From Candidatus Latescibacterota bacterium (lineage in GTDB: Bacteria > Krumholzibacteriota > Krumholzibacteriia > WVZY01 > JAKEHA01): 64,000 bases of DNA. Location of the stretch: contig OY970173.1 of NCBI GenBank assembly GCA_963707635.1, positions 480,001-544,000 on the forward strand. Direction: 5' to 3'. Shown in pieces: positions 1-9,146 of this stretch (the first letter of the stretch is position 1; each line of letters starts with the position of its first letter). The notes under the pieces are model-generated. The model was given only the letters and a program-made list of their open reading frames with translations, was not told the origin of the DNA and did no database searches. Both the position numbers and the translations under genes were made by a program.

Positions 1-30
1 GACGCGAAGAACGCCAAGAAATAAGTTCTC

Positions 31-46
31 GGGCACGGAATCTGCG
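31..46 (+). promoter_or_regulatory. Putative sigma54 (-24/-12) promoter
   Basis: GGGCACGGAATCTGCG has GG-N10-GC spacing, about 57 nt upstream of ATG 103. Confidence 0.5.
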
Positions 47-102
47 TCCAGCCGCTGGACGGTGACCCCGGGCGGTGATACGGTCGGGTCACCGCCCACG
101 GC

Positions 103-1203
103 ATGATCTACTACCTGGTAACTCCGGAGTATACGCACACGATGCGGACGTTCCTCGACCACTGGGCCGGGGACGTACGGGGGCGCATCCGGATTCTCAC
201 CTACGACGAGGCGTTTCATTCCCCCGAGCTTCCAGTGGGAACCTACATCTTCTCGGACCTGGAGCGCATGCTGCCCGCGGAAACCGAGACGGCGACGCTG
301 GTCTGGAATCAGCTCCACGGCGCCGGCGCGCGCCTGCTGAATCACCCCACGCGCACGCTCCGCCGCTACGACCTGCTCACGATGCTCTACGCGAAGGGGC
401 GGAATCGATTTCGGGTGGCGCGCGCCACCGACCGCGCCGCCGAGCTGCGCTTCCCCGTCTTCGTGCGCGAGGAAGCCGACCACGCCGGGAGCATCACCAA
501 ACTGCTCGCGAACCGGCGCAAGCTAGACGACGCGCTGTCGGGCGCGATGGTGCGCGGGCACAGATTGAAGAACCTGCTGGTCGAGGAGTACTGCGACACG
601 TCCGATGCGAACGGCGTGTTTAAGAAACACTCGGCGTTCATCATCGCTGGCCGGGTCGTCCCCTGCCACGTCGATTGCTCGCGGGGCTGGGTGGTCAAGG
701 ACACCGACATCGTGAGCCCGGAGGTCATGGAGGAGGAACGCAGGTACCTCGAGACCAACCCGCACCGGCAGTGGCTGGAGGAGACGTTCGCGCTTGCGGG
801 CGTCGACTACGGGCGCATCGACTACAGCCTCCTCGGCGGCGCGCCGCAGGTCTGGGAGATCAATACCAACCCCATCGTGATCCTCCACCCGGACAACTAC
901 TCCGAGATCCATATGCCGGTGAAACGGATGTTCGCAGAGCGAATCCGCCCGGCGTTCGAGGCAATCGATACGGTGGCTCCCGGACGAACCATCGCGCTCT
1001 CGGTGCCGCCCCTTCTGCTCGCGCGCCTGAAGAAGGAATCGAGCCGGCGTAGGCGGGCGCTCGCCCGGCATCAGCGGGTAAGACGAATCACCCGGTCGGT
1101 CCCCTTCAGGATGGTACGTGGGATCGCCCGCCCGTTCCTCACCGCCATTTCTCCCCTGGTGGCTCGCATGGGTCGCCGGGAAAACGTCGCAAAGTCCCAC
1201 TAA
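103..1203 (+). CDS. Hypothetical protein, possible ATP-grasp-like fold
   Basis: 366-aa ORF with GC-typical codon usage; FPVFVRE, 'DYGRIDYS...VWEINTNP' resemble ATP-grasp C-terminal motifs. Confidence 0.6.
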   Translation: MIYYLVTPEYTHTMRTFLDHWAGDVRGRIRILTYDEAFHSPELPVGTYIFSDLERMLPAETETATLVWNQLHGAGARLLNHPTRTLRRYDLLTMLYAKGRNRFRVARATDRAAELRFPVFVREEADHAGSITKLLANRRKLDDALSGAMVRGHRLKNLLVEEYCDTSDANGVFKKHSAFIIAGRVVPCHVDCSRGWVVKDTDIVSPEVMEEERRYLETNPHRQWLEETFALAGVDYGRIDYSLLGGAPQVWEINTNPIVILHPDNYSEIHMPVKRMFAERIRPAFEAIDTVAPGRTIALSVPPLLLARLKKESSRRRRALARHQRVRRITRSVPFRMVRGIARPFLTAISPLVARMGRRENVAKSH

Positions 1204-1250
1204 AAAACTAGATTAGCAGCGTGCCCCGCCGGTCGCGGTGCCTTGAGTAA

Positions 1251-1310
1251 TAGTAGTAGTCACAGCTACTAACATATTCGCTGCTTGACGCTAGGGCGCT
1301 TTAGTAGTAG
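1251..1310. promoter_or_regulatory. Candidate operator of the TrmB-like regulator
   Basis: Inverted repeat TAGTAG-N6-CTACTA (1254-1271); TAGTAGTAG at both 1251 and 1302. Confidence 0.45.
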
Positions 1311-1321
1311 CCGTGACAGCT

Positions 1322-2116
1322 ATGAATCAGAAAACCAGCCTTCAGCAACTTGGACTCACGCCCATGGAGGCACTTGCATACACCTATCTCGTGGCTAATC
1401 CGTCGGCCACGGGATATCGGGTCGCCCGTGGAGTTGGAAAACCAACCGCCAACGTGTACCGGGCACTCGAGAGTCTGGAGCGCAAGGGCGCCGTAATCCG
1501 GGACCGATCCGCCGCTCCCCTCTTTCGCGCGATTGCGCCGCAGGAGCTGCTGGGCCAACTCGAGCGTGAGTTCGTCGAGCGAAAGGCCTCGGCCGCGAGG
1601 GAGCTGGCGTCGCTCCATGCCGACAAGGACGACGAGCGGCTCTACTCGCTGGGATCGGTCGAGCAGGTCGTGGATCGAGGGCGCCGCCTCCTGGCATCCG
1701 CGCGCCGCATCGTTCTGGCGGATGCGCCCGGCGATCTCATTGAATCCCTGGCGGACGGGATCGCGCAGGCGCGCGGCCGCGGCATCCGCGTTCTGGTGAT
1801 CGAGCAGGATCGGCTCGTCGACGCGCGCGATGCCGTCCCGACACAGGCGGGGCGCAGGCGTGGGGCGCAGCCGCGACTACGGATGGTGGCGGACGCGCGG
1901 GAGGCTCTGCTGGCGGAACTCTCCCCGGACGTCACGCGGGTCCGCGAAGCGCTCTGGACGCAAAGCGCGATCTTCGCGGCGACGATCCACGACGCGCTTA
2001 CGACCGAACTGTTCTTTCTCGAGGTCGCGCGCGGGGTCGCCGAGGGGTTGAGTGTGGACGAAGTGGAGCAGGCGTTCGAACGTTGTCGCGAGATTCGTGA
2101 CGACAGCGGAGCATGA
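1322..2116 (+). CDS. TrmB family transcriptional regulator
   Basis: N-terminal 'LQQLGLTPMEALAYTYLV...ATGYRVA...ANVYRALESLERKG' wHTH; alternative GTG start at 1313. Confidence 0.85.
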   Translation: MNQKTSLQQLGLTPMEALAYTYLVANPSATGYRVARGVGKPTANVYRALESLERKGAVIRDRSAAPLFRAIAPQELLGQLEREFVERKASAARELASLHADKDDERLYSLGSVEQVVDRGRRLLASARRIVLADAPGDLIESLADGIAQARGRGIRVLVIEQDRLVDARDAVPTQAGRRRGAQPRLRMVADAREALLAELSPDVTRVREALWTQSAIFAATIHDALTTELFFLEVARGVAEGLSVDEVEQAFERCREIRDDSGA

Positions 2117-2789
2117 CCGTCGTTCCCTCCGTCGCCGGGGCCTCCCGGACCACCCACTGATTGCTCTGCGCGCCGTGAAAGAGTTCGACGGCCGATGAGC
2201 GAACGGCGAACCACTCGAAGTTCCTGGCGAGCAGCACGAGCCGCGCCGCCGGGTGATCGGTCGCGCGCGCGCGCGCCCGGCGGGCGAGCTCCTCGGCCGC
2301 GTCGCGCGGCGCCTGAACACCAAACTGACCCGCGAGGGTGACGAAGAATCCCTGCCCGTCGTCCGAAACCGCGAGGTCGATATGACGGGCCGTGGTCGAC
2401 ACCGACATCGTCAACCACGAGCTGCCCGCGTGCGACGAGGCGCTGCGGACCAGCTCGTTGAACGCGGCGCGACAGAGATTTCGGACCGCGTCCCGCTCAC
2501 CGGCGAGCATCGGCGCCACGTGGTCGTCCCACACCCGGTCGGCATTCAACACCGGGGTGATGCGAAACTCCCGGGTGAGAGCGCCGGTGGGCCGCAGCTC
2601 GTAGCGCTTCGCGCGGGTGCTGCCGGTCTCCATCAGCAGGCCGTGCCCGATCAGCCCATCCAGATGCCGGTTTGCGGCCTGGCGCGAAATCCCGTATGCT
2701 TTCGCGATTCGGCCGGCCACGCCGATGCCGTCTTCCGAGACGTGGTCAAGAATGAACTCGTGAATCAGACGTGTGCGTGAGCGTTTCAT
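1998..2789 (-). CDS. Winged-HTH plus degenerate HATPase-domain protein
   Basis: 'GISRQAANRHLDGL' HTH and 'VSDDGQG' G1-like box; 3' end overlaps the TrmB gene by 119 bp. Confidence 0.65.
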   Translation of the reverse strand: MKRSRTRLIHEFILDHVSEDGIGVAGRIAKAYGISRQAANRHLDGLIGHGLLMETGSTRAKRYELRPTGALTREFRITPVLNADRVWDDHVAPMLAGERDAVRNLCRAAFNELVRSASSHAGSSWLTMSVSTTARHIDLAVSDDGQGFFVTLAGQFGVQAPRDAAEELARRARARATDHPAARLVLLARNFEWFAVRSSAVELFHGAQSNQWVVREAPATEGTTVMLRCRHESRDNVRTPAPLRPHSTPRRPRARPRERTVRS

Positions 2790-2822
2790 GCCGTTCGCCG
2801 GTTGTAGTCCGCGCGGCAAAGT

Positions 2823-2943
2823 ATTGTCAACGGAAATTGCGCATCGTTATCGTTTGACTCCAATCAATTGTCAATATAACGACAAATTATTGTCAACATT
2901 ATAGCGCTGGTATTGTCAATTAAACTAGCTTCATAATTGTCAA
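2823..2943. repeat. Five phased ATTGTCAA direct repeats in an AT-rich divergent spacer
   Basis: TTGTCAA starts at 2824, 2868, 2890, 2913 and 2937, each preceded by A. Confidence 0.8.
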
Positions 2944-2968
2944 CATTTTGATCAAAATCGTATTTGCA

Positions 2969-3817
2969 ATGAATAGATTACGCGAGTTCATGGAAACGAT
3001 CCGTGTCGAACATACGGTGTTCGCACTTCCCTTCGCCTATGCCGCCCTGTTCCTGGCGGCCGATGGGTGGCCGAGCGGGCGCACGCTGCTCTGGATCACG
3101 GTGGCAATGGTCGCGGGCCGGACGGTGGGCATGGCCGCCAACCGGATCGTCGACGCGCAAATCGACGCGCGCAACCCGCGAACCGCCCGCCGCGCGATCC
3201 CGGGCGGGCGGCTGTCCCGCTCCTGGGCGGGCGTCTTTTCTGCCGTCGCCCTGGCGCTGTTCGTTTTCGCCGTCTACCAGCTCCATCCGGCGTGCAGGCG
3301 GCTATGGCCGATCGTGGTAGCGGTGGTGTTGGTGTATCCGTATGCGAAGCGCTTCACCCCGTACTCGCACCTCTTTCTCGGCGCGGTGTACCTCCTCGTG
3401 CCGACGTCGGTATGGATTGCCGTCACCGGCCAGGTGCCGTTGGCGGCCGTGGTGCTGGGCGTGGGGGCGGCGTTGTGGGTGGCGGGTTTCGACATCATCT
3501 ACGCCTGCCAGGACGTCGAGGTCGATCGCCGCCAGGGGCTGCATTCGATGCCGGCGGATTTCGGCCTCAGGCGCGCGTTGCTGGTATCCGAATGGTTGCA
3601 CGCCGGATTCATTCTCTCTCTGATTGCCGCCGGCTTGTTGCTCGGCGCTGGAGCGTGGTACTGGTTGGGGACTCTGTTGACTTCACTGCTGCTTTCGCAT
3701 GAGCACCATCTCGTGAAACCCGGCGACCTCTCAAAGGTCAACGCCGCGTTTTTCACGACCAACGGCGTCGTGAGCGTCGGGCTCTTCATCCTCATTGCCC
3801 TCGACACGGTGGTCTGA
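2969..3817 (+). CDS. mqnP: UbiA-like polyprenyltransferase (MqnP type, futalosine pathway)
   Basis: 'IRVEHTVFALPF', 'NRIVDAQIDARNPRT', 'FDIIYACQD' motifs; adjacent to ubiX. Confidence 0.85.
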   Translation: MNRLREFMETIRVEHTVFALPFAYAALFLAADGWPSGRTLLWITVAMVAGRTVGMAANRIVDAQIDARNPRTARRAIPGGRLSRSWAGVFSAVALALFVFAVYQLHPACRRLWPIVVAVVLVYPYAKRFTPYSHLFLGAVYLLVPTSVWIAVTGQVPLAAVVLGVGAALWVAGFDIIYACQDVEVDRRQGLHSMPADFGLRRALLVSEWLHAGFILSLIAAGLLLGAGAWYWLGTLLTSLLLSHEHHLVKPGDLSKVNAAFFTTNGVVSVGLFILIALDTVV

Positions 3818-3818
3818 G

Positions 3819-4493
3819 ATGGCGTGCTACGCGGTTGGAATCACGGGGGGCAGCGGCGCACCGTACGCGATCCGGCTCCTGCAGGCCCTGGTCGCCGCCG
3901 GTCACGACGTGCACGCGGTAGTGTCGCCGGCGGGGGAGACGGTCCTGCAGATCGAGTGCGGGATCCGAATGGGTACCACCCTGCGCGAGAAGCAGGCGGT
4001 GTTGCTCGGCGCTATCCAGAGCCTGGAAGCGGGCCAGGGGTCGCTCGACGCGATTTCGCGAGGCCCGCAACCCACCCCGGGGACCCTCCGCCTCTTCGAC
4101 CCGATGAATCTCGCCGCGCCGATTTCGAGCGGCTCGTTTCCATGCGCGGGGATGGCCATCGTCCCGTGTTCGACCGGGACGCTCGGGCGGGTCGCGAACG
4201 GCATCTCCTCCAATTTGATCGAACGCGCCGCCGACGTGATGCTCAAGGAACGCCGCCGACTCGTGGTCGTGCCGCGCGAGACGCCGCTCTCGGAAGTCCA
4301 CCTGCGCAACATGCTCGCGCTGCGCCAGGCGGGCGCAGACATTCTGCCCGCGATGCCCGCGTTCTATCACCGGCCCCGGACGATCGCGGATCTGGTCGAC
4401 ATGATCGCGGGACGCATCCTCGACCGCCTCGGTATCGAGAACGCGCTGTTTCATCGGTGGGGAACTGAGCCGTCGAACCGCGGCGATGAATGA
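3819..4493 (+). CDS. ubiX: Flavin prenyltransferase UbiX
   Basis: 'GITGGSG', 'SSGS', 'RAADVMLKERR', 'PRETP', 'PAFY' motifs. Confidence 0.92.
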   Translation: MACYAVGITGGSGAPYAIRLLQALVAAGHDVHAVVSPAGETVLQIECGIRMGTTLREKQAVLLGAIQSLEAGQGSLDAISRGPQPTPGTLRLFDPMNLAAPISSGSFPCAGMAIVPCSTGTLGRVANGISSNLIERAADVMLKERRRLVVVPRETPLSEVHLRNMLALRQAGADILPAMPAFYHRPRTIADLVDMIAGRILDRLGIENALFHRWGTEPSNRGDE

Positions 4494-4501
4494 GCCGACG
4501 T

Positions 4502-4599
4502 CGCGGGTCCTGTCGCCGACAGCCCGGTGCGGCTCGCTTCGTCCGCGCCTGCGCACTAGACTCGCTCGCCGCGCGGGCGCCCGTCGGCGCCACCCGCTC
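4502..4599 (+). repeat. Structured dispersed repeat, copy 1
   Basis: CGCGGGTCCTGTCGCCGAC...GTCGGCGCCACCCGCTC; nearly identical to 10261-10358. Confidence 0.9.
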
Positions 4600-4645
4600 G
4601 TGCCACTGTCATCTCGCTGCCCCGCGGCAATCGGGCGTTCAAACA

Positions 4646-4686
4646 GAATCGCCCCGCGACGTTGCCATCACGGGGCGATTCCTTTT
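4646..4686. terminator. Probable bidirectional intrinsic terminator
   Basis: GAATCGCCCCG...CGGGGCGATTC stem with T-rich flanks on both strands, between convergent genes. Confidence 0.6.
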
Positions 4687-4720
4687 CGACTTGCGTCGAT
4701 CAGGGGCGTTGCAAACTCGA

Positions 4721-5257
4721 CTAGAGGCTGAACGCCAGGCCGCCGCGGGCCGACCAGTGGTTCGCATCCTCGACGACGTTGTACCAGCCCGAGCCCACGA
4801 TGCTCGCGCGCTGGCTGACGCCGACCTTGATGCCGGCGCCCGTCTGGAATCCGAACTTCGTGTCGCCGACATCGGGCACGCCCGAAACGGCCGCGTTCAT
4901 CATGTGGGCGGCAGCGCCCGCAGCGACGAACGGCTGAACACGGACCGACGACGTCGGAATCGTGTACTTCAGATTCGCGCCGATCGTCCAGTCGCTGAAC
5001 GAAACCTCCTGGTTGCCGGTCCCGTCGGACCAGTTCCAGTAATTGACGAACGGATTGACATACAGATTCGTGGCCGGCAGACCGAAGTCCACGTATGCCC
5101 CGGCCACCCACGTGCCGCTGACATCCTGAACGCCGTTCAGATCCGGGCTCACGTAGCCAGCCTCGAAGCCGACCGCGCGAAGCGGGCCGGCGACCGCGCT
5201 GGACGCCGCGAGGGACGCGGCAGCCAACATCGCTACCAGTACGACAAGTTTCTTCAT
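4721..5257 (-). CDS. Small outer-membrane beta-barrel protein
   Basis: Signal peptide MKKLVVLVAML..., alternating beta-strands, 'VQPFVAAG'; GGAGG RBS. Confidence 0.8.
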   Translation of the reverse strand: MKKLVVLVAMLAAASLAASSAVAGPLRAVGFEAGYVSPDLNGVQDVSGTWVAGAYVDFGLPATNLYVNPFVNYWNWSDGTGNQEVSFSDWTIGANLKYTIPTSSVRVQPFVAAGAAAHMMNAAVSGVPDVGDTKFGFQTGAGIKVGVSQRASIVGSGWYNVVEDANHWSARGGLAFSL

Positions 5258-5359
5258 TTCCGTCTAACCTCCTGATTGATCCCGCCCGCGGCCGTATGTT
5301 TCCCATGCGGCTTGAATCTTTCCCGCGCGGCCTCCATCGGTTTGGGACTGCCGGGCTAG

Positions 5360-5375
5360 TGCAAGGGCGGGGCCA
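5360..5375 (-). promoter_or_regulatory. Putative sigma54 promoter for the OMP gene
   Basis: Minus strand TGGCCCCGCCCTTGCA (GG-N10-GC with TTGC). Confidence 0.6.
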
Positions 5376-5560
5376 GCTCAGGGGATCGGGCACGGCCGGA
5401 ACGACGAACCGTTTTTAGAAACAACGAGTTAGTTAATGGGGCGAGAGGGAAGCGGAGCCGGCGCCCCCGGTCACTGGCTGGTACGGCATTGTGCGGCGCC
5501 GGGGGTCCGGCTGGCAAATCGAGGGTGCGCCTGCCCGGCGCGGGCGATAGAGTGTCCAGC

Positions 5561-7366
5561 ATGCCTTTTTTGAATCTCCGCGCGTTCCTGTCCGACCTCG
5601 AAGCCCGGGGCGATCTCAAGCGCGTGCGCGTGGAAGTCGACAGTCGACTCGAAGTGGCCGAGATCGCGCGGCGCATGGTGCGCGAGCAGGGGCCGGCGCT
5701 CCTGTTCGAGCACCCGAGGGGCTCGCGGTTCCCGCTGGCGATCAACTTCTTCGGGAGCTTCGCGCGCATCGAGCGCGCGATCGGGATGCACCCGGAAGCA
5801 CTCGGCGAACGCCTCGTTCGCTTCGCGGAAGAACTGAATCCGCCGTCGCCGTCGCGGCTGTGGGGCGCGCGCGACCTGCTTCCACGCCTGCTGGCGTTTC
5901 GACCCGCGCGGACCCGCCGCGCGGCCAGCCAGGAAATCGCGGCCGCCACCGACCTCGGAACGCTCCCGGTCATCACGTGCTGGCCGCAGGACGCGGGGCC
6001 GTTCATCACCTTTCCGCTGGTCGTCTCGCGGCATCCGTCGAAAGGGAAGAGCAACGTCGGGATCTATCGGATGCAGGTGTTCGATTCCGCGTCGACCGGG
6101 ATGCACTGGCAGATTCACAAGGGGGGCGGCTTCCACTACCACGAGGCGGAAAAGACCGGGCGTGCGCTTCCCGTCGCGGTGGCCCTGGGGGCGGACCCGG
6201 CGCTGATGCTCGCCGGCATTTTCCCTCTGCCCGAGGCGCTGGAGGAGATTGCGTTCGCGGGCATCCTGAGCGCGCGGCGCACCCGGCTCGTTCGCGCGAA
6301 GACGATCGACCTCGACGTTCCGGCGGACGCCGAATTTGTATTGGAGGGAGAGGTGCCGCCGTTCGAGCGGCGCGCCGAGGGGCCGTTCGGGGATCACTTC
6401 GGCCACTATTGCGACGTCGCCGACTTTCCGGTCTTCCGGGTCAGCGCGATCACGCACCGGCGGCGGCCCATCTATCCGGCGGCGGTGGTGGGAAAGCCGC
6501 CGCAGGAAGATCGCTACATGGGAGACGCCTCCCAGATGATTCTCGGGCCTCTCATCCGGTTGATGCGCCCCGAAGTGGGAGACGTGTGGGCGTACTACGA
6601 GGCGGGATTTCACAATCTGCTGGTCGCGTCGGTGGAGGCGCGGTATACGCGCGAGCCGATTCGCACCGCGCTGGGGCTTTTGGGCGAGGGCCAGCTCGGG
6701 TTGAGCAAGGTGGTCGTGCTCGTCGATCGCACGGTGAACGCACGGAGTTTTCGCGAGGTGCTGGGTGCGATTCGACGCCATTACGATCCGCGCGAAAACT
6801 TCCACCTCATCTCACGCGCCCCCCTGGATACGCTGGATTTCACGAGCTTCAAGATGCACCTGGGGAGTCGAATGATCCTCGACGCGACCGGGAGCCGCGC
6901 CCAGTACTCCGGCGGACGGCCGCTCGGCAATTCGCCGGACGCGCCAGGACCCGGCGGTGTGGCGGTGCGCGACCCCGCGGAGATCGCCCCGGAGGTAAGA
7001 CAATGGAGGCTCTGGGAAGACACGCTGCTCGTGGTCCAGGTCGGGCGCATCGAACGAGGCCTCGGCCGCCGCGTCCTGGAGGCGCTGGTCGCCGCGCCCG
7101 CGATGGCGTCGGTCAAGGTGATTGCGGTGGTGAGTCCGGATGTGAACCTTGAGGACGACGTGGACACGATCTGGGGCATCTTCACGCGTTTCGACCCCGC
7201 GCGCGACCTCATGTTCACGCGCGTGTCGATGAACGGGGTACAGCCCTGCTACGAAGGAGTTACGGGTATCGATGCAACCTGGAAGCCGGGCTATCCTGAC
7301 CCGGTCGTTGCGGACCCCGATACCGTGCGCAACGTGGACCGTCGCTGGGAGGAGTACTGGCGGTAG
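5561..7366 (+). CDS. ubiD: UbiD-family (menaquinone biosynthesis) decarboxylase
   Basis: 'NVGIYRMQ', 'EGPFGDHFGHY', 'VGKPPQED', 'GIDATWK' motifs. Confidence 0.92.
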   Translation: MPFLNLRAFLSDLEARGDLKRVRVEVDSRLEVAEIARRMVREQGPALLFEHPRGSRFPLAINFFGSFARIERAIGMHPEALGERLVRFAEELNPPSPSRLWGARDLLPRLLAFRPARTRRAASQEIAAATDLGTLPVITCWPQDAGPFITFPLVVSRHPSKGKSNVGIYRMQVFDSASTGMHWQIHKGGGFHYHEAEKTGRALPVAVALGADPALMLAGIFPLPEALEEIAFAGILSARRTRLVRAKTIDLDVPADAEFVLEGEVPPFERRAEGPFGDHFGHYCDVADFPVFRVSAITHRRRPIYPAAVVGKPPQEDRYMGDASQMILGPLIRLMRPEVGDVWAYYEAGFHNLLVASVEARYTREPIRTALGLLGEGQLGLSKVVVLVDRTVNARSFREVLGAIRRHYDPRENFHLISRAPLDTLDFTSFKMHLGSRMILDATGSRAQYSGGRPLGNSPDAPGPGGVAVRDPAEIAPEVRQWRLWEDTLLVVQVGRIERGLGRRVLEALVAAPAMASVKVIAVVSPDVNLEDDVDTIWGIFTRFDPARDLMFTRVSMNGVQPCYEGVTGIDATWKPGYPDPVVADPDTVRNVDRRWEEYWR

Positions 7367-7388
7367 CGGGTCGCGGGGAATATAGGTA

Positions 7389-7417
7389 TTGACACGGTTT
7401 TGGGAACCCTATATGCT
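7389..7417 (+). promoter_or_regulatory. Sigma70 promoter for the RRM gene
   Basis: TTGACA-17 nt-TATGCT. Confidence 0.7.
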
Positions 7418-7567
7418 TCTCTCTGTCAGTTAATCGGTCTGCGTTCATTCTGAGCCGCGTATCGCCCATCCTTTTCAGGTCAGCGACCCCAGTCTTGTGT
7501 TTGAGCGCTAGCAAACGGGTGGAAGAATGGTCTTTCACGCGAGTCATGTTCGAAAGGATCTAGCACA

Positions 7568-7888
7568 ATGAATCGTAAACTCTATGTCGGTAATCTGAAT
7601 TTCGCCACCACCGAAGACGACCTGCGGCAGCTGTTCAGCGAGGTCGCCCCGGTTGCGTCGGTTTCGATCGTCACCGATCGTGAGACCGGCCGGCCGCGTG
7701 GCTTCGGCTTCGTCGAGATGGAAACCAGCGAGGGTGCCCAGGCGGCAGTGGAGAAACTGAACAACCGCGAGGTTGATCAGCGCACGATCACCGTCAACGA
7801 GGCGCGTCCCAAGACCGAGGGTGGTCGCGGGGTCGATCGCGGGTTCAACCGCGGTGGATTCGGCGGCGGCGGCCGTCGCAGCTATTAG
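7568..7888 (+). CDS. RRM (RNP-1) RNA-binding protein with Gly-rich tail
   Basis: 'KLYVGNL' RNP2, 'RGFGFVEM' RNP1, GGFGGGGRR tail. Confidence 0.95.
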   Translation: MNRKLYVGNLNFATTEDDLRQLFSEVAPVASVSIVTDRETGRPRGFGFVEMETSEGAQAAVEKLNNREVDQRTITVNEARPKTEGGRGVDRGFNRGGFGGGGRRSY

Positions 7889-7920
7889 TCTGCGACGATC
7901 GGACGTATCCGAAAATCAGA

Positions 7921-7956
7921 AGAGCGCGGGGCCAAACGGTCCCGCGCTTTTTCTTT
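7921..7956 (+). terminator. Intrinsic terminator
   Basis: AGCGCGGG...CCCGCGCT stem followed by TTTTCTTT. Confidence 0.8.
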
Positions 7957-7992
7957 GCGGGAGCGCAATCCGGTTCGGCTACAATGCCGGGC

Positions 7993-9069
7993 GTGACCGT
8001 CCGAGTGAAGATCTTTCGCCTCGCCCTGGTCAACGCCACCCTGCTGGCGGTCGCCCTCGTCATCCTCGAACTTGTTTTTGGCAGCTGGGTTCGCCCCAAC
8101 CGGATCAACCGGCTCAACCTCGTGCGCGACCGCACCATGCACTACGACGCCAGCGCGCTCTACCCGGCTCCCAACTCCGTGACCTATACCCGCGACGGCT
8201 TCGGCTTTCGTGGCCACTACGACTCTCCCGGCGGGATCGGCATCCTGACCATCGGCGGCAGCGCCACCGACCAGCGCTTCATCACCGACGGCGCCACCTG
8301 GCAGGACGTGATCGCGCGGGAGTTTGCGGAAGAGGGAAAACAGGTGAGCGTGGTGAACGCCGGAGTCGACGGGCAATCGACGTACGGGCACATCAAGGAT
8401 TTCGACTGGTGGTTCCCGAACGTGCCGGGCCTGAAGCCGAAATACGTCCTGTTCTACATCGGCCCCAACGACGCCTTCAAGGACGTGGGCAGCGACTACG
8501 ATGACCTCGTGCGCGACAAGCGGGTCACGTGGAAGACGCGCGTGCGCGAGAGCAGCGCGATCTACCATGTCGTGAGGACGCTCGAGTCCACGTACGAAGC
8601 CCGGCGCGTCTACGGGCTGGCCCACCACTACGAGGATTTTTCCACCTGGGAGTGGACGACGACCCCGCTGGTCCGGGACCACGAGGTGCTCGCCGCCCGG
8701 CGGCTGCAGGATTTCCGCGCCCGTCTGGTGGCGCTCGCGGAGCGGACACGAGCGCTGGGGGCAACGCCGGTATTCGTGACCCAGGCGTTCTGCGTATACC
8801 GCCTCCGCGCGGATGGAACTCCGGAGGGTCGGACGAGGCGTGAGCCCTACGACGGCGCGGAGATCAACGGGGTGGATCTGTATTACATCATGCAGGCATT
8901 TGGCCGTGTCACGATGGAGGTGTGCGTAGAAGCGGGTGGCGTGTGCATCGACGCGGCGAACGAGATGGTCTGGCAGGCAGGCGATTTCTACGACGAGGTC
9001 CACAACACGCCGCAGGGCGCCGAACGGTTGGGGCGCTACCTGCACGAGCGACTGCGCGACCGGTTCTGA
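7993..9069 (+). CDS. SGNH/GDSL hydrolase family membrane-anchored protein
   Basis: N-terminal TM; 'GGSAT', 'NAGVDG', 'GPND', 'DEVH' blocks; start may be 7984. Confidence 0.8.
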   Translation: MTVRVKIFRLALVNATLLAVALVILELVFGSWVRPNRINRLNLVRDRTMHYDASALYPAPNSVTYTRDGFGFRGHYDSPGGIGILTIGGSATDQRFITDGATWQDVIAREFAEEGKQVSVVNAGVDGQSTYGHIKDFDWWFPNVPGLKPKYVLFYIGPNDAFKDVGSDYDDLVRDKRVTWKTRVRESSAIYHVVRTLESTYEARRVYGLAHHYEDFSTWEWTTTPLVRDHEVLAARRLQDFRARLVALAERTRALGATPVFVTQAFCVYRLRADGTPEGRTRREPYDGAEINGVDLYYIMQAFGRVTMEVCVEAGGVCIDAANEMVWQAGDFYDEVHNTPQGAERLGRYLHERLRDRF

Positions 9070-9146
9070 TTTGTAATCGCCATGAACGGGCGGCCGTCCA
9101 ATGCCACGTCACGATCATGCGCACCCATATCTGGAAGGAGCGGACG

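Noticed and set aside
2820..2968. oriC or CRISPR array
   Set aside because: No DnaA boxes (TTATCCACA) seen; repeats are only 8 bp with short spacers; no cas genes
4490..5275. 261-aa ORF starting at the ubiX stop
   Set aside because: Reads through repeat copy 1 and a terminator, then runs antisense to the OMP gene; no protein-like features
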